Of a stretch of DNA of 64,000 nt, positions 25,683 through 37,416 are shown one piece after another. Each line of letters starts with the position of its first letter. Position 1 is the stretch's first letter. Under the pieces are notes generated by a model, which was given only the letters and a program-made list of their open reading frames with translations, did not search any database and was not told the origin of the DNA. Made by a program: the position numbers and the translations under genes. The DNA is from Alloascoidea hylecoeti (lineage: Eukaryota). The DNA lies in contig BCKZ01000009.1 in the NCBI GenBank assembly GCA_001600815.1, positions 336,194 to 400,193 on the forward strand. Direction: 5' to 3'.

Positions 25683-27158
25683 CCTTCTCGGAGCAGTATT
25701 TATTGTGTTAATAATGAAAATATTTAAAATGAACTAAGTCTATGGCTGAGGAGATCTACAAACATCAAGCAGAAGCACATTAATAATTATCTTAAGCTCA
25801 GCTTTAACTTTATAATTAGCCTAAAAGTTCTGTTATGTTGATCTTAATGATCCAGTCACCAGTGCAAGCTTTTGTAGGTGTGTTATTACTCAGTCGCAAA
25901 TTAAACGCTTTGTTACGGTTTATTAGGTGAAAATTTAAACGTTTCATCTCTTGTTTCTGATATTGTAATTGTGATTGTGCTGTCACAGAATATTAATTGA
26001 AATTGAACTGCCCCTGAGGAATGTCGAGAATCGAGATGTGAATACCAAAAAAAGACAGTGAATAAAATAAATTTATATTTAATATCTATAATAATAATGG
26101 TAATGTTATAGGGGACCTCTATTTAAGTTAATTTTACTATATATAGGTATATTATCCGTACATATAAAGTATGCGCGCGTATATCTATGTCATAGCTAGA
26201 GGCCTATATTCATGGAAGCTAATTATAATATCCATTAGCCAGGAGATACGAAAAGATTAGCGCACAATGGCCCCACGTTTGAATTCATACATCATCACGC
26301 GAACGCACCGATTGAAACCAAGAAATGAATATAATTTCCCAAATCGAAAGAAGCGATGTGTAATTTCAAATTATCACCTTACATTTAGAAATTAAATATA
26401 ATTAATTATAAGCATATTTAAAGTAGCTATATATACAGACAAGAATGAAAAATTGATGCCGTATAAGATCATGACATACCGGTATAAATATATAATGAGC
26501 TCTAAATACTATGCATTTGATACATTGATCTAAAGATCTTGAGAGTCAACTTTAAATTTGTAATTGCAATTGAGTTCTCATCATGGCATTAGCATCGAAG
26601 CTTAAACTTTATCTTTCTAAAAGATGGAAGTATTTTAGTAGATATATAATAGAAAAAAAGTATCCCCCCCTTTGAACAACTTGATGGCTTGATAATGTCA
26701 TCCCCTAGGTGGTTTTTATGTGCAGAGTACAGCTAAATGAATAATGCCTAGATTTCTGAAGCTTCGGCACAGGACCCATGACTGACTCACTCAATATTAC
26801 TGAGTGATTATAAACTTAAAGCACCTCCTCCTTTCGACCTGACCCATTTCTTAATATAATCAAGAATGTGTAATTATAAGTTACCACAAATACATTAAAA
26901 CAATATTACAATTACAATTAAATAATATATTTATTCAACCATTTCTTTACGAGCAAAACAGCCATAGGCTTATGTAATCCTTGCTTTTTTACTTGTCGAG
27001 AGAAACAAGCCTAATGCTAGGATCATTTGCGCATTAAGTTTCTACATCTTCTTCCTCATTTGTTTGATTCTTTTCACATATCCCTAGTCTTCTCTAGAAA
27101 ACTCTGCAGTAAAACAAAAAGCTCAAGACGCTATCCCACTATTATACTACCTCCAGAC

Positions 27159-30080
27159 ATGGCTACGGTTAATGGGGTTTTAGATCCTCAACCTTTAGAC
27201 TATCATCGGAAAGATATTCCAAATTCAGAAGAACTCACCCATGTTCGGCCCAAAAAGAGACGGATTGTACCGAACGAAAAAAGAAAGCGTGTGGCAAGGG
27301 CTTGCGACACCTGCAAACGGAGGAAACAAAAGGTATTGTACACATTTATTTTGTCTTTGGTTGTGTGCTGTTTACAATGGACTAACGATTTCTTGGGATT
27401 ATACTTTGCTTAGTGCGATGGTAAAAACCCTTGTTTTATTTGTGCCAGTAAAGGATTTGATTGTCAATACTCGGGCTTCGACAAAAGACTAAGTGTTCAC
27501 AGTTATGATATTTCACCTACTTCTACTGGAAATTCTCTCTCTCGCAGATCTTCCCTGGGAATGGGTGTCAGTCCACCAAAACGAGGACAGCAAATAATTC
27601 CTGATCAAAAAAGTGTAGGCTCATCTGTGAATCAACAACCTTTAATCCCCAATATTCCAAGAGCTAGGATGGGGTCAGAAGATCAGCAGAAATTTTTGCG
27701 CCAAGATTCCTCTATGTCCCCTGCGGATACAAGTGTAAGCTCCCGGTCCTCGCGATCTATCTCGACAGTTCATCATGATACTTCATATATTCCCCCTTCC
27801 TTACAACCTCTACTCTCTTTTCCCGTAGAAGCCCCTACACTACCGTCGATCAACAGCCCATCAACTGAAAACGCAAGCAAAGATTTTGTGGGAAATGTCG
27901 AAGAAGGTGGGAGAAATTCTAGACTCCTATATGATAAGTCAGGTCATTTAAGATACCTCGGTGAGAGCAGTGCTTTATCGTTGTTGGCTCAATCTAGGAA
28001 GGTTTTCCTTGCCAAAAATGGGCAATCCGCATTCACACAAGATCCACAGCGTTTTCATATTGTAGATTCTCCTGGTTACGTCAGTACAGGTTGGAAAAAT
28101 AGTCAATTACCTGCGAAAGAAATTGCTTTTTTATTTATCCAGCAGTTTGAAGAACATGTTAATGGTGCCGTTTACGTTTTTGATATGGATGATTTTAGAG
28201 ATGAAATTCAAGAAGTTTACCGTAACCCTTTGAAAGCTTCTCCTAAGACTATCTGTCTGTTAAATCTGGTAATGTCAATAGGTTCTATATTTTTATTAGC
28301 TGCACACCAACAAGATACTTTACACTTACCACTAAAAGATGTTTATTTATGTAACTTTATTTTAAGCAAGATAGAAGTTTTCCCACGAATCTTCTTTGCA
28401 AATGGTTTACATTTGCTAACTGATTCTAGTGAGGATGGTGAGTTATGGATTGTTCAAGCATATTTACTGGTTTTCTTATTCTATCAAATTAGTTGTCAAC
28501 GAAATGCATCTTGGATACATCTTGGTGTTTCCATCAGGCACGCTCAAGCTCTCGGTCTTAATAGAAAATATGTTAATTTAACGTTTAACAAACGCGATTG
28601 TTCCCATAGAAGAAAAATATGGAGATCTCTTTATTTTAATGATAGAATATGCTCCTCATATATGGGTAGACCCATTACAATCGATGACCGCGATTGGGAT
28701 GATATGCCTGATTATCCGAACTTTTCAGAAGAAAGTAGTTCAGTTCAATATCAAACGGTTAAAGTAACAGAAATACTTGGTGAGATTTTACACCGTGTTT
28801 ATACAAGTGAGAAAATAGGAACTTTAGAGGCTAAGAATCTCGCCTCGAAATTGAAAAGTTGGACAGTGAATCTTCCTGAAAATTTACAAGCTGGAATAAT
28901 ATTCCAAACCTCTCAATCCTCAATACATTCAACGACATCACCTACCTCTGGAAGTGCGCAGCCTTATAATGTAATCTCATTGAAAGAGAAACAATCATTA
29001 TTAGTTCTACATCTAACTCATTTACACACTGTTTTATTATTGTGTCGTCCTTTTTTCTTTCATGTGATCTCCCAGAGGAAAAATAGTAGCCAAGTTCCGG
29101 AGAAGCCCGAGATACTAGAATCATTCGATGAATATATGAAAGCATGTATTCAGTCATCCCTTCTCTCAAATCGGTTGGTCGAGGTCTTCTTTTTGAAAAA
29201 TGAACAGCCAATACGAGATCATGCTATTATATATTTTATTTTCAATGCCGGCTTAATCTTAGGTCTACAAGTTTTAAATCAAATTTACTATGGATTCGGA
29301 TCGAACTGTCATTTACTAGTTTATTCAATAAAAAGTTCAATTCTTATCCTTCAAAAATATGGAAAAATAGATCCTACCGCCGAGCGATACCATAAGATTA
29401 TAGTTAACGTGTATGAGGCGTTAGATAAAGATGGGCTTATTACTACACTCTCTAATGAAATGGCATTTGTAAATTTTAATGATCTTGTTCAAAACTCAAA
29501 TTATCAGGATGGTTTATTACTTACTGTTTCTAATGTTGAAAATGAAATTACAGCAGGATATTCTAATCCGACAGTAGACGCACCATTGTCCTTTACACCA
29601 TCAAATTCAATTCTCAATCCAAATTCAGTTCCAACACCAAATAATGCCACCAATGGCTCTAATTCTTTTGTTCCAACTGATGCTGCTGATATTCACACGT
29701 TGACAGGAAGTAACAATATGAATGGCTCTAATAAATTACCCATGTCCCAACAATCTTCAATGAATAATATATCATCATTGCTGGAGTTTGATCAATGGCT
29801 GTTTCCATCATTTGAATATGATATGGATTATAGCAAGGGAGGAATCCTAACACCAGAGCAGGGTGATGTAGGATATGCGGATGATTCAATTCAACAAAAT
29901 AATAATGACGGCTCAGCAATGAATCCAGAAGAAATTTCGAGAAATGTGGTCAGTTCAAATAAGGAAAGGGGATCTAATATATCTGGGGGAGTTGTTCAAG
30001 TAAAAAGTTCTGGCTTCACCAATGAATTCTTACATTCAGAAAACCCACGGCAAGGGTTATTGATCGATAAAGGATATTGA
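27159..30080 (+). CDS. Zn(II)2Cys6 fungal transcription factor with middle homology (Fungal_trans) domain; 2 exons (27159-27332, 27414-30080)
   Basis: ACDTCKRRKQK|CDGKNPCFICASKGFDC completed by intron 27333-27413 (GTATTG..ACTAAC..TAG); YLGESSA and AQALGLN..RRKIWRSLY..DRICSSYMGRP motifs. Confidence 0.93.
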
Positions 30081-30621
30081 AAATTAACTATTATATATAA
30101 GCCATTTGCGCATAGGACAATACCAAAAAATAAAAGAACTAATAAACTCTGTTTTTATGATTCACCTTTTATGCATGGTTAATGTGTAAATTGATTGTTT
30201 TTTATAGCGAAAATTTTCTCGTACCTTAGACTTATTTTTATTATATATACCCTGAAGACTCTCCTTAGTTAATATGTATCTGTATATTCAAAAAATGAGT
30301 GATAACCAACCGTTCTATAGCACTTATAATTGTCATAATATCTGCTGTTTTATGATAGATCTAAATATAAGTTTATAACATCTCATATATGATAGCTTTA
30401 AATTTAGGTATAACATAGTAGATGTGAATAAAATATGTTTCAAATTTTAAAAAAGAAAGAAAAGAAAGATAACAAATTAATATAAAAATTATATCTTAAT
30501 AAACCGTATAAAACCTTATATATATTAGCTAAATGCCAGCTGCAGCCCAAATTGAAAGTGTTATAAAAATATAACTATATAATAATGTATTTACCATATA
30601 GTTAATTATAGAATATCCAAA

Positions 30622-32376
30622 TTAGTAACAATCTTCAACAGCAAACCATTTGGGTGGATCAAAGCCATTTGGCCTGCTTGAGTAATGAAACTCGTTAGCA
30701 AAGATATTTGATTCGACAACAGGTTTCAACACTTTGATCATTCCTCCAAAACCTTTGCTATATGATGATTGAAGGTACTTCTCTGATTCAAATAACGAGG
30801 GATTTAACTTTTTCATTGATTTAAGTGTAGTAGAAGATATCTTGTCAACAGAATCATAATACCTCAGTTTAAAGATTTCTGGACACTGTTTTGATAGTAT
30901 TTGACTCCATAGTTCTTCAGAATAACATCCTTGCTGTAATAGTAGTAGGTCATATTGCACTAATGATGTTGTTGTCCAGTAACTTCCACCATATTTAGCT
31001 CGCTTATATATTGCAACCAGAGCAGATATGGCTCCCATACATCCTGTTCCATAATCGGACATTGGAAAAGGTGGCACCATTGGTTCTCTTGCCCCTAACT
31101 TCATGCCTTGGAGCCACGCGACACCAGAAACACAGTCGGCAATCTGTTGCCAACCAGCTCTGTTTTTCCACTCACCCTTGAAACCAAAACAGTTTTCAGA
31201 AACATAGATATAGCCTTTATTACGCTTTTCAGCTAAGTGCGCTAATTTTTCTGGACCGTATCCTAAATTCGTAATGGCATTTGTTCTATAACCATCAACA
31301 ATAACATCTGCATCTGCCAATAATTCCTCGAATTTAATTCTATCCTTTGGATTTTTTAAATTTAGATCACAGCAATGTTTTCCCATGTTACAATCAATTT
31401 GAAAAAATGGGACATCTGGAAGTGAACTAGAGCATGTAACTTTTAAAACTTCAGCTCCATATTCAGCCAAAATTCTAGATATAGTAGGACCTGCAATAAT
31501 TCTGCATAACTCTAAAACTTTAATACCTTTCAATATTTGAGGTTTTGAACTTTTTGAAGATTTACTAAAGGTGTTCTCGGGATATGGAACTGGTGGTGTA
31601 ATTTTTTCTAATGTCTCAATATTCCAATAAGGCTCCTTAGAAATTATTTTTCCGTGACTTGTTTTTAGAAATGCTTTGGCTGTCAAAGCCTGGCAACCAG
31701 CTTGTCTATTTTTTAGATTTAATTCCTCAAGCTCACTTGCATTATATCTGGAAACAGCACCTTGTATAGTCATGACCACTTTGTTATAATCACCTTTTAA
31801 TTCCGGTTTGAATGGGGGAAGACCGATCATCTTCAAAGTTGTTGTGGCTTCAAGTGATCCGTGAATATGATAATAATGACCATCTCTAGTTTTATAAAGA
31901 TTAGCACTCATTCTTCTATATTGATCAGACTGGGCTTTATTAATATCAGTAGGCTTTACGCGGTGGACGATCCCTTTACTATATTTTCCAAGTCCATCAA
32001 TTGAGGATAAGTAGGTCATAAATAGAAACATCAAGGCATTCTGAACGTCTACCGATAGTTTGATTGTACCGGAAGAATTGAAACCTCCATTGATATCAGG
32101 ATCATAGTTATAAGTTGAAATAACACGGTTACCATATCTTTCTTGACAAATTAGAGCAGCAATACAAGCTTCAACACCTTTCAAGGCAGATATTGTCTCA
32201 ATTTGCTTTAAAGGACAAGGAAGAATATGTTCATAGTTTGATGGATTAGAAAAGGACACAGACCGAGCAAACTTTTTTGCACTTTTTGGTAGAGGGCACC
32301 TTTTGCTATTTAGCAGAGACTCAAAGAGCCTTTTAGTCTCTAAAGGAATATCATATTGGATGGACTGAATGGTCAT
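30622..32376 (-). CDS. CoA-transferase family III (CaiB/BaiF), fungal long form
   Basis: LKGIKVLELCRIIAGPTISRILAEYGAEVLKV, NMGK..LNLK, ADVIVDGYR..LGYG, and the catalytic-Asp region PMSDYGTG..AL.AI.KR..GGS..SL; intronless 584 aa. Confidence 0.92.
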   Translation of the reverse strand: MTIQSIQYDIPLETKRLFESLLNSKRCPLPKSAKKFARSVSFSNPSNYEHILPCPLKQIETISALKGVEACIAALICQERYGNRVISTYNYDPDINGGFNSSGTIKLSVDVQNALMFLFMTYLSSIDGLGKYSKGIVHRVKPTDINKAQSDQYRRMSANLYKTRDGHYYHIHGSLEATTTLKMIGLPPFKPELKGDYNKVVMTIQGAVSRYNASELEELNLKNRQAGCQALTAKAFLKTSHGKIISKEPYWNIETLEKITPPVPYPENTFSKSSKSSKPQILKGIKVLELCRIIAGPTISRILAEYGAEVLKVTCSSSLPDVPFFQIDCNMGKHCCDLNLKNPKDRIKFEELLADADVIVDGYRTNAITNLGYGPEKLAHLAEKRNKGYIYVSENCFGFKGEWKNRAGWQQIADCVSGVAWLQGMKLGAREPMVPPFPMSDYGTGCMGAISALVAIYKRAKYGGSYWTTTSLVQYDLLLLQQGCYSEELWSQILSKQCPEIFKLRYYDSVDKISSTTLKSMKKLNPSLFESEKYLQSSYSKGFGGMIKVLKPVVESNIFANEFHYSSRPNGFDPPKWFAVEDCY

Positions 32377-32826
32377 TGTAATTGAAATTGTATGTAAGTT
32401 TAAATTTGAAGATATGAATGGGTTTCTTTTGAATTTATTTACCTAGATAGGAGCAGCATGTGCCTTTATATAATATTGATCTTATATATATAATTCTGTT
32501 AACGTTTCTAAATATAAGATAAATAATATTAATTATAAGGTACATTTCTAGACAAAGTAGTTACAGCAAATTCCAAAGGTGATGTCCAGTTAATTTCTAA
32601 TGAGTTTACGAGGCGACTTAAATAATTATGTTAAATACAGTATATTAAAAGGTGGTTTCTATTGCAAATTGTTTTACAACGGTGAATAGCATCATGATCA
32701 TGTAGATATTGTATGCATATATTGTCATTGAAGCACAACGGGTATCTGAACATGCACATAACGGTACCTGTTCCTCAAACGGCAAATAGACCTTATTATT
32801 CGAATTTACGGCTTGCATCATAGCAT

Positions 32827-32889
32827 ATCCGACGGAAACATGGATTCAATTATTCGGATAGTTGTTTATGCACCATATAACCGTCGGAT
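32827..32889. promoter_or_regulatory. Inverted pair of CCG-N-CGG elements in the divergent CoA-transferase/dioxygenase promoter; candidate Zn2Cys6 sites
   Basis: ATCCGACGG (32827-32835) and its exact reverse complement CCGTCGGAT (32881-32889), with an extra TCGGAT between them. Confidence 0.45.
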
Positions 32890-33264
32890 CACAGTTTTAT
32901 TCTTCTGTACCCCACGGTAAACTGTTTCTATTTTACAAGTTTCTCCTCTTGTATATATTATTATTTCATTACGTGTGGACATTGTACAACCATCATCTCT
33001 TAACTTCACCACTTTTTTTAGTTATGTATTTTTTATTTCTGATGCTCGAAAATCATATGAGCAGCCCCCACATACGAACCGTAGATGCCTAAAAAAGAAC
33101 CAATCAGTATCCTTCCTTTAAATAATGCTGATCGTAGCTTAGACACACTGAACCACTACTGGTAACTTCACTGGATTGTTTCAGAAAAATAGCAAAACTA
33201 AAGTTTACTTGAAGATTTAAGTTCAAGTGATATATTTTTTGAGTATATAAAATATTATTAGACT

Positions 33265-34167
33265 ATGACCAAAGAATTTACGAACACAGTTATTAAAGCT
33301 ATAGGACCAGGTTCTGCTCCCAGAACTAGAAAGATCCTCACTTCTTTAGTACAGCATGTCCATGACTTTGCTAGAGAAAATTCAATCACCTTGGATGAAT
33401 GGGCTGTAGCAATGGATTTCATTAACCGTATTGGTAAACGAACTGATGAAACAAGGGATGAGGCGATTCTTGTTTCTGACGTGCTTGGTTTAGAAGCGCT
33501 GGTCGATTCTCAAACAAATCAAAGCGGAGCTAGAAATCAGACATCTTCTTCAATTATCGGTCCTTTTTACAGGAAAAATTCGCCGACATATTCGAATGGA
33601 GAATCTATCATTCAAAAAGATGTCGGGGGTGAGAAAACCCTTGTTACTGGCCGAATTACGAATATTGATGACAAGCCAATTGGTGGTGCAAAAATTGAAG
33701 TTTGGCAGTGTGCGCCTAATGGCCTTTATGAACAACAAGATCCAAATCAGCCCAATTTTAATTTAAGGGGTACTTTCTACACGGATCCCGCGGGATATTA
33801 TAGCTTGATTTGTTTGTGTCCTACGTCATATCCCATTCCTACAGATGGACCGGCTGGGGAGTTGCTTCGTATGATGGATCATCATCCAATGCGTCCCAGC
33901 CATATTCATTACAAAGTATCTTGCCCAAAATTTCATACTTTGATTACTCAGGTTTATGATTCTAGAGATGACTATATCTATGATGATCCTGTGTTTTCAG
34001 TAAAGCCTGACTGTGTTGTTGACTTTGTCCCTGCAAAAAAGGAACTATCAGAAAAAGGCATTTCATATGAATTAAACTATAATATTGTTCTAGCCACTGA
34101 ATATGCTGTTCAAAATTCTATCTCTAACAAATTTAGAAAAAATAATTCTCTTAAATCTTGGTTGTAA
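33265..34167 (+). CDS. Intradiol ring-cleavage dioxygenase, most like fungal catechol 1,2-dioxygenase
   Basis: N-terminal SLVQHVHDFARE..EW..A..F and SDVLGLEALVD; IIGPFYR; Fe(III) ligands in GLYEQQD, SYPIP and RPSHIH. Confidence 0.93.
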   Translation: MTKEFTNTVIKAIGPGSAPRTRKILTSLVQHVHDFARENSITLDEWAVAMDFINRIGKRTDETRDEAILVSDVLGLEALVDSQTNQSGARNQTSSSIIGPFYRKNSPTYSNGESIIQKDVGGEKTLVTGRITNIDDKPIGGAKIEVWQCAPNGLYEQQDPNQPNFNLRGTFYTDPAGYYSLICLCPTSYPIPTDGPAGELLRMMDHHPMRPSHIHYKVSCPKFHTLITQVYDSRDDYIYDDPVFSVKPDCVVDFVPAKKELSEKGISYELNYNIVLATEYAVQNSISNKFRKNNSLKSWL

Positions 34168-35081
34168 ATTCAAGCAAGTTAAACAATTCAGATGTTACTT
34201 TTTGGTTTAAATCGTGAATATTATATACAATAGAGAAACCCTTTGATGTCGAATCTGATGGAGTTTATCGTATTAGTTGCTGTCACCTTTTAAAAATCAA
34301 ATAAATATATATATATATATACATTATAATTTTCAATATTAGAGGCTTTATGGGTAATTGTAAAAACTAGTAATTCAAAGGTATTTAAATATTAATTAGA
34401 GCCATCCATACGATGATTCAAACACCATGAAGATCAACAATTTTAAGGAACATTAAGCAATCAAAAATTTGAAGTAATGAGATTATAACAACAAAGAACA
34501 ATTATGAATGGAAATTGAAAATTCATGACCATATAATGATTCAGATTTACTAAAAAGTACTAAATTTAAGCGCCACCAAATGGATCCGGAAATTATTATT
34601 ATTATTTTCTATTAACATCAGACACATTGAAGGAGAAAAGGAAAAGAAGCTACATAATAACCAACCGTTAAATTTGGGAATTGAATTTAAATCATATTTA
34701 CGTATATTCTACACAGTATAGGTCATCAATATATGTCTTGCGATCGTGTTAAAATATGCGCACACCCGTAATATTATAATATTCAACGTCAATGGAAATA
34801 TGGATAAATTCATATATCCGGATCAACAAACTAGTTGGGTTATGGAATTCAAGCCTTCAATAATTTCTCGCAGCAGTGGAGGATTTGTTTATTGTTCAAT
34901 GCTCACCATCTTCCGAAACTTACATTGCTATAGCTTTAGTGCATCTACCACACGTGAATTTTTTTAATTACTATTTTAATACATTTTATTCTTTTTCTAT
35001 TAAAGCTTGAGTGAAATTTGTTTTCAGTTCGGAAATATTTAGTATAGCGGTATAACTTATAAGTTATAACAGAAAACTATC

Positions 35082-35552
35082 ATGTGCATTATACAACAGA
35101 AAATCTGGAAACTTACAGAAAATAGTCAGCTGAATTCCTGGTTAGAACGGTTTTATAAAGCAAGTGATACGCCTCCACCATCTCCTCCAGTTGCAGACCC
35201 ATATATCTCTTATTATACTACATCAGCAGTTTTAAAGATGGGCTCGACCGAAGCAAACAATCATGCTGAGATCGGCTCACTCAGACAAAAAATGTGGTCG
35301 AAAATAGAGAAAAGGCATCATGTGGTGCACAAAGTCTTCTTTTTATCCAACCCAGTAACAGATGAATTACCGGAGAACAAGAAAACCAATATATATCTTG
35401 AAGGCACTGTTGAATATGCGCTGTTTGATGGTAAAAGTACAACCATCGAATGGGCCGGTCGTATGCAATTCAACGGAGAACAAATGGGTAATGATAAGAT
35501 AGAATTGTATAAGGTTTATATTGATTCTACTTCAAGAGATCTATGGTTATAA
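35082..35552 (+). CDS. Fungal SnoaL/NTF2-like domain protein
   Basis: 156 aa; FYKASD.P, LRQKMW..R.H, GTVEY..DG..EWAGR and YKVYID pattern typical of small fungal SnoaL-like proteins. Confidence 0.7.
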   Translation: MCIIQQKIWKLTENSQLNSWLERFYKASDTPPPSPPVADPYISYYTTSAVLKMGSTEANNHAEIGSLRQKMWSKIEKRHHVVHKVFFLSNPVTDELPENKKTNIYLEGTVEYALFDGKSTTIEWAGRMQFNGEQMGNDKIELYKVYIDSTSRDLWL

Positions 35553-35976
35553 GAATCCTAATACCCCGGCGCTCCAGTACTGTATGCTTGTGTCGGTACC
35601 GGTTGCGGTATTACGATGAGCCTTAGAGCCAATTAGGATTATAAATTCAAATAGATATTTATGGGTCGTCGATATCATAAAAACATATATGCCTAACTAT
35701 AGGAACTTATGAATGCAATGCATATTAGTTATATTGGTTATTTATAGATTATGATTTGTATTCACACATAAAGTTTTAGAGGGTCATAGACTCATAGATC
35801 ACAATAATTTAAGCATAAATTATAAAATAAATAATTAATTATAAGAAAAAAATCGAATAGTCATAATAACAACTATCAATATATATATATATAAGTTATA
35901 CCAAATCAATCCTAAACACACCATATATTTATATCCATATATCATAAATCAAATAAATTTTTCTTCAAGATTTCAC

Positions 35977-36756
35977 CTAAAAGATAGAAGAAAAAACTTC
36001 TGACACTTTTGACCACAAAGATCCAGTACAATATTCTTTAATCTTAGAATAAGTATCATCCATATGCTCTTTCATATAAGACTCATTTTCTGGAAAATGT
36101 TTCATTTTATGTTCAACCTTTGACAATTTTCTAAAGACTTTATTGATTTTCTTTTCAAGTTTCTTCTCTTTCCTTTCGAACCCCTTCAAAGCTTTCTTAG
36201 TTGGATTTTCCAAATGACCAAATGACTTAAGAAGTTCCTCCTTTTCAGAAACTTTCTCCTCTAAATATGACTTAAGGCTTTCAAATTTATTCTTTAACTC
36301 GTCAAATGATTCATCCTGATCATGGTGGTTGCCGTGGCCACAACCTTTGCCTGTGTGCATATCATTATGATCTGATTTTGATACATCTGAAAATTGCTCA
36401 TGTTCTTCTTGGTGCTCTTCTGGGATTGCAGTAATAGGTACAACCGGCTCAATGGGTAAAGCATTAACAGTTCCATCATTATTTTCCCATCCTTCACCTA
36501 AAATCCTATCGGCACTAAATTCGGGAAGTTTTTCATTCTGAGAATCAATAACAGCTGTAACTATAGAATAACCCCATACCAAGACCCATACCAAGACGAG
36601 GGCAAGTCCGATTCTGCATCTTTTTGATTTGGTGGCGGATTTAGCGGGAGCCTCTGCTGGAAGAACAACATCAGCGGCTGCCTCATTTTCAATGTCCTTC
36701 ATAAAAGGGACCTTCTCTTCCAAAATGGTAGTGTCTTTATTAACGTTATCAGTCAT
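35977..36756 (-). CDS. Hypothetical type II single-pass membrane protein with His-rich and coiled-coil C-terminal part
   Basis: Long ORF (extends to 36867); likely start MTDNVNK at 36756 (AAAATG context); TM helix IGLALVLVWVLVWGYSIVTAVI after a basic KSKRCR patch. Confidence 0.7.
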   Translation of the reverse strand: MTDNVNKDTTILEEKVPFMKDIENEAAADVVLPAEAPAKSATKSKRCRIGLALVLVWVLVWGYSIVTAVIDSQNEKLPEFSADRILGEGWENNDGTVNALPIEPVVPITAIPEEHQEEHEQFSDVSKSDHNDMHTGKGCGHGNHHDQDESFDELKNKFESLKSYLEEKVSEKEELLKSFGHLENPTKKALKGFERKEKKLEKKINKVFRKLSKVEHKMKHFPENESYMKEHMDDTYSKIKEYCTGSLWSKVSEVFSSIF

Positions 36757-37416
36757 TTTCGTTGATAAGTATGATGTGGGAAAAGAGAAAAGTGAGATGC
36801 TATCTCTAACCTTGTTTTGAAACCTGGTCTGGAAACTTCTACCATGTGATGGGATATACATCAGCACGTGACATACTTAACTAATATTGTATCATGATTT
36901 TGGAGCAACATCCGTTCAAATTAGGCGAATTAAGGGTGTATAGGAGATACAGATGAAAAGCCCTGCAGTAAATATAAAAGAAGAAGATAGCAAGGGACCT
37001 CGTTATGAATATCTAAGAATATGGCAAATATTGATTTTTTTTTCAACGTTAAGATACAATTCATACTTATGCTGAAGTTATGCATAATACAACTAGTGTT
37101 GCGCCTAAATCTCTACACAAAAGTATGACGGTCATATGCATTATTTGTTGCCATTTCTTCGACTTTATTGAAATTTCAGATAACTTTTAAAATTCCTCTT
37201 TGTGAAATTAAGTAAACCCCAACGTTCATGAATCGTGACGTATATATCTCATGTATAGCCGTTTTTTTTTGCACTTAGTTCTGCAGGTCAATCAATTGCA
37301 AGCGTATTCTAGTAGATCTCAGGATTAAATAATAATAAAGATCTCCTAGAACAAACAAAAAAAAAGAGCTGAACTTGTGATCAAAAACATAATTTCTTTT
37401 TTCCCTTTATTTGAAC

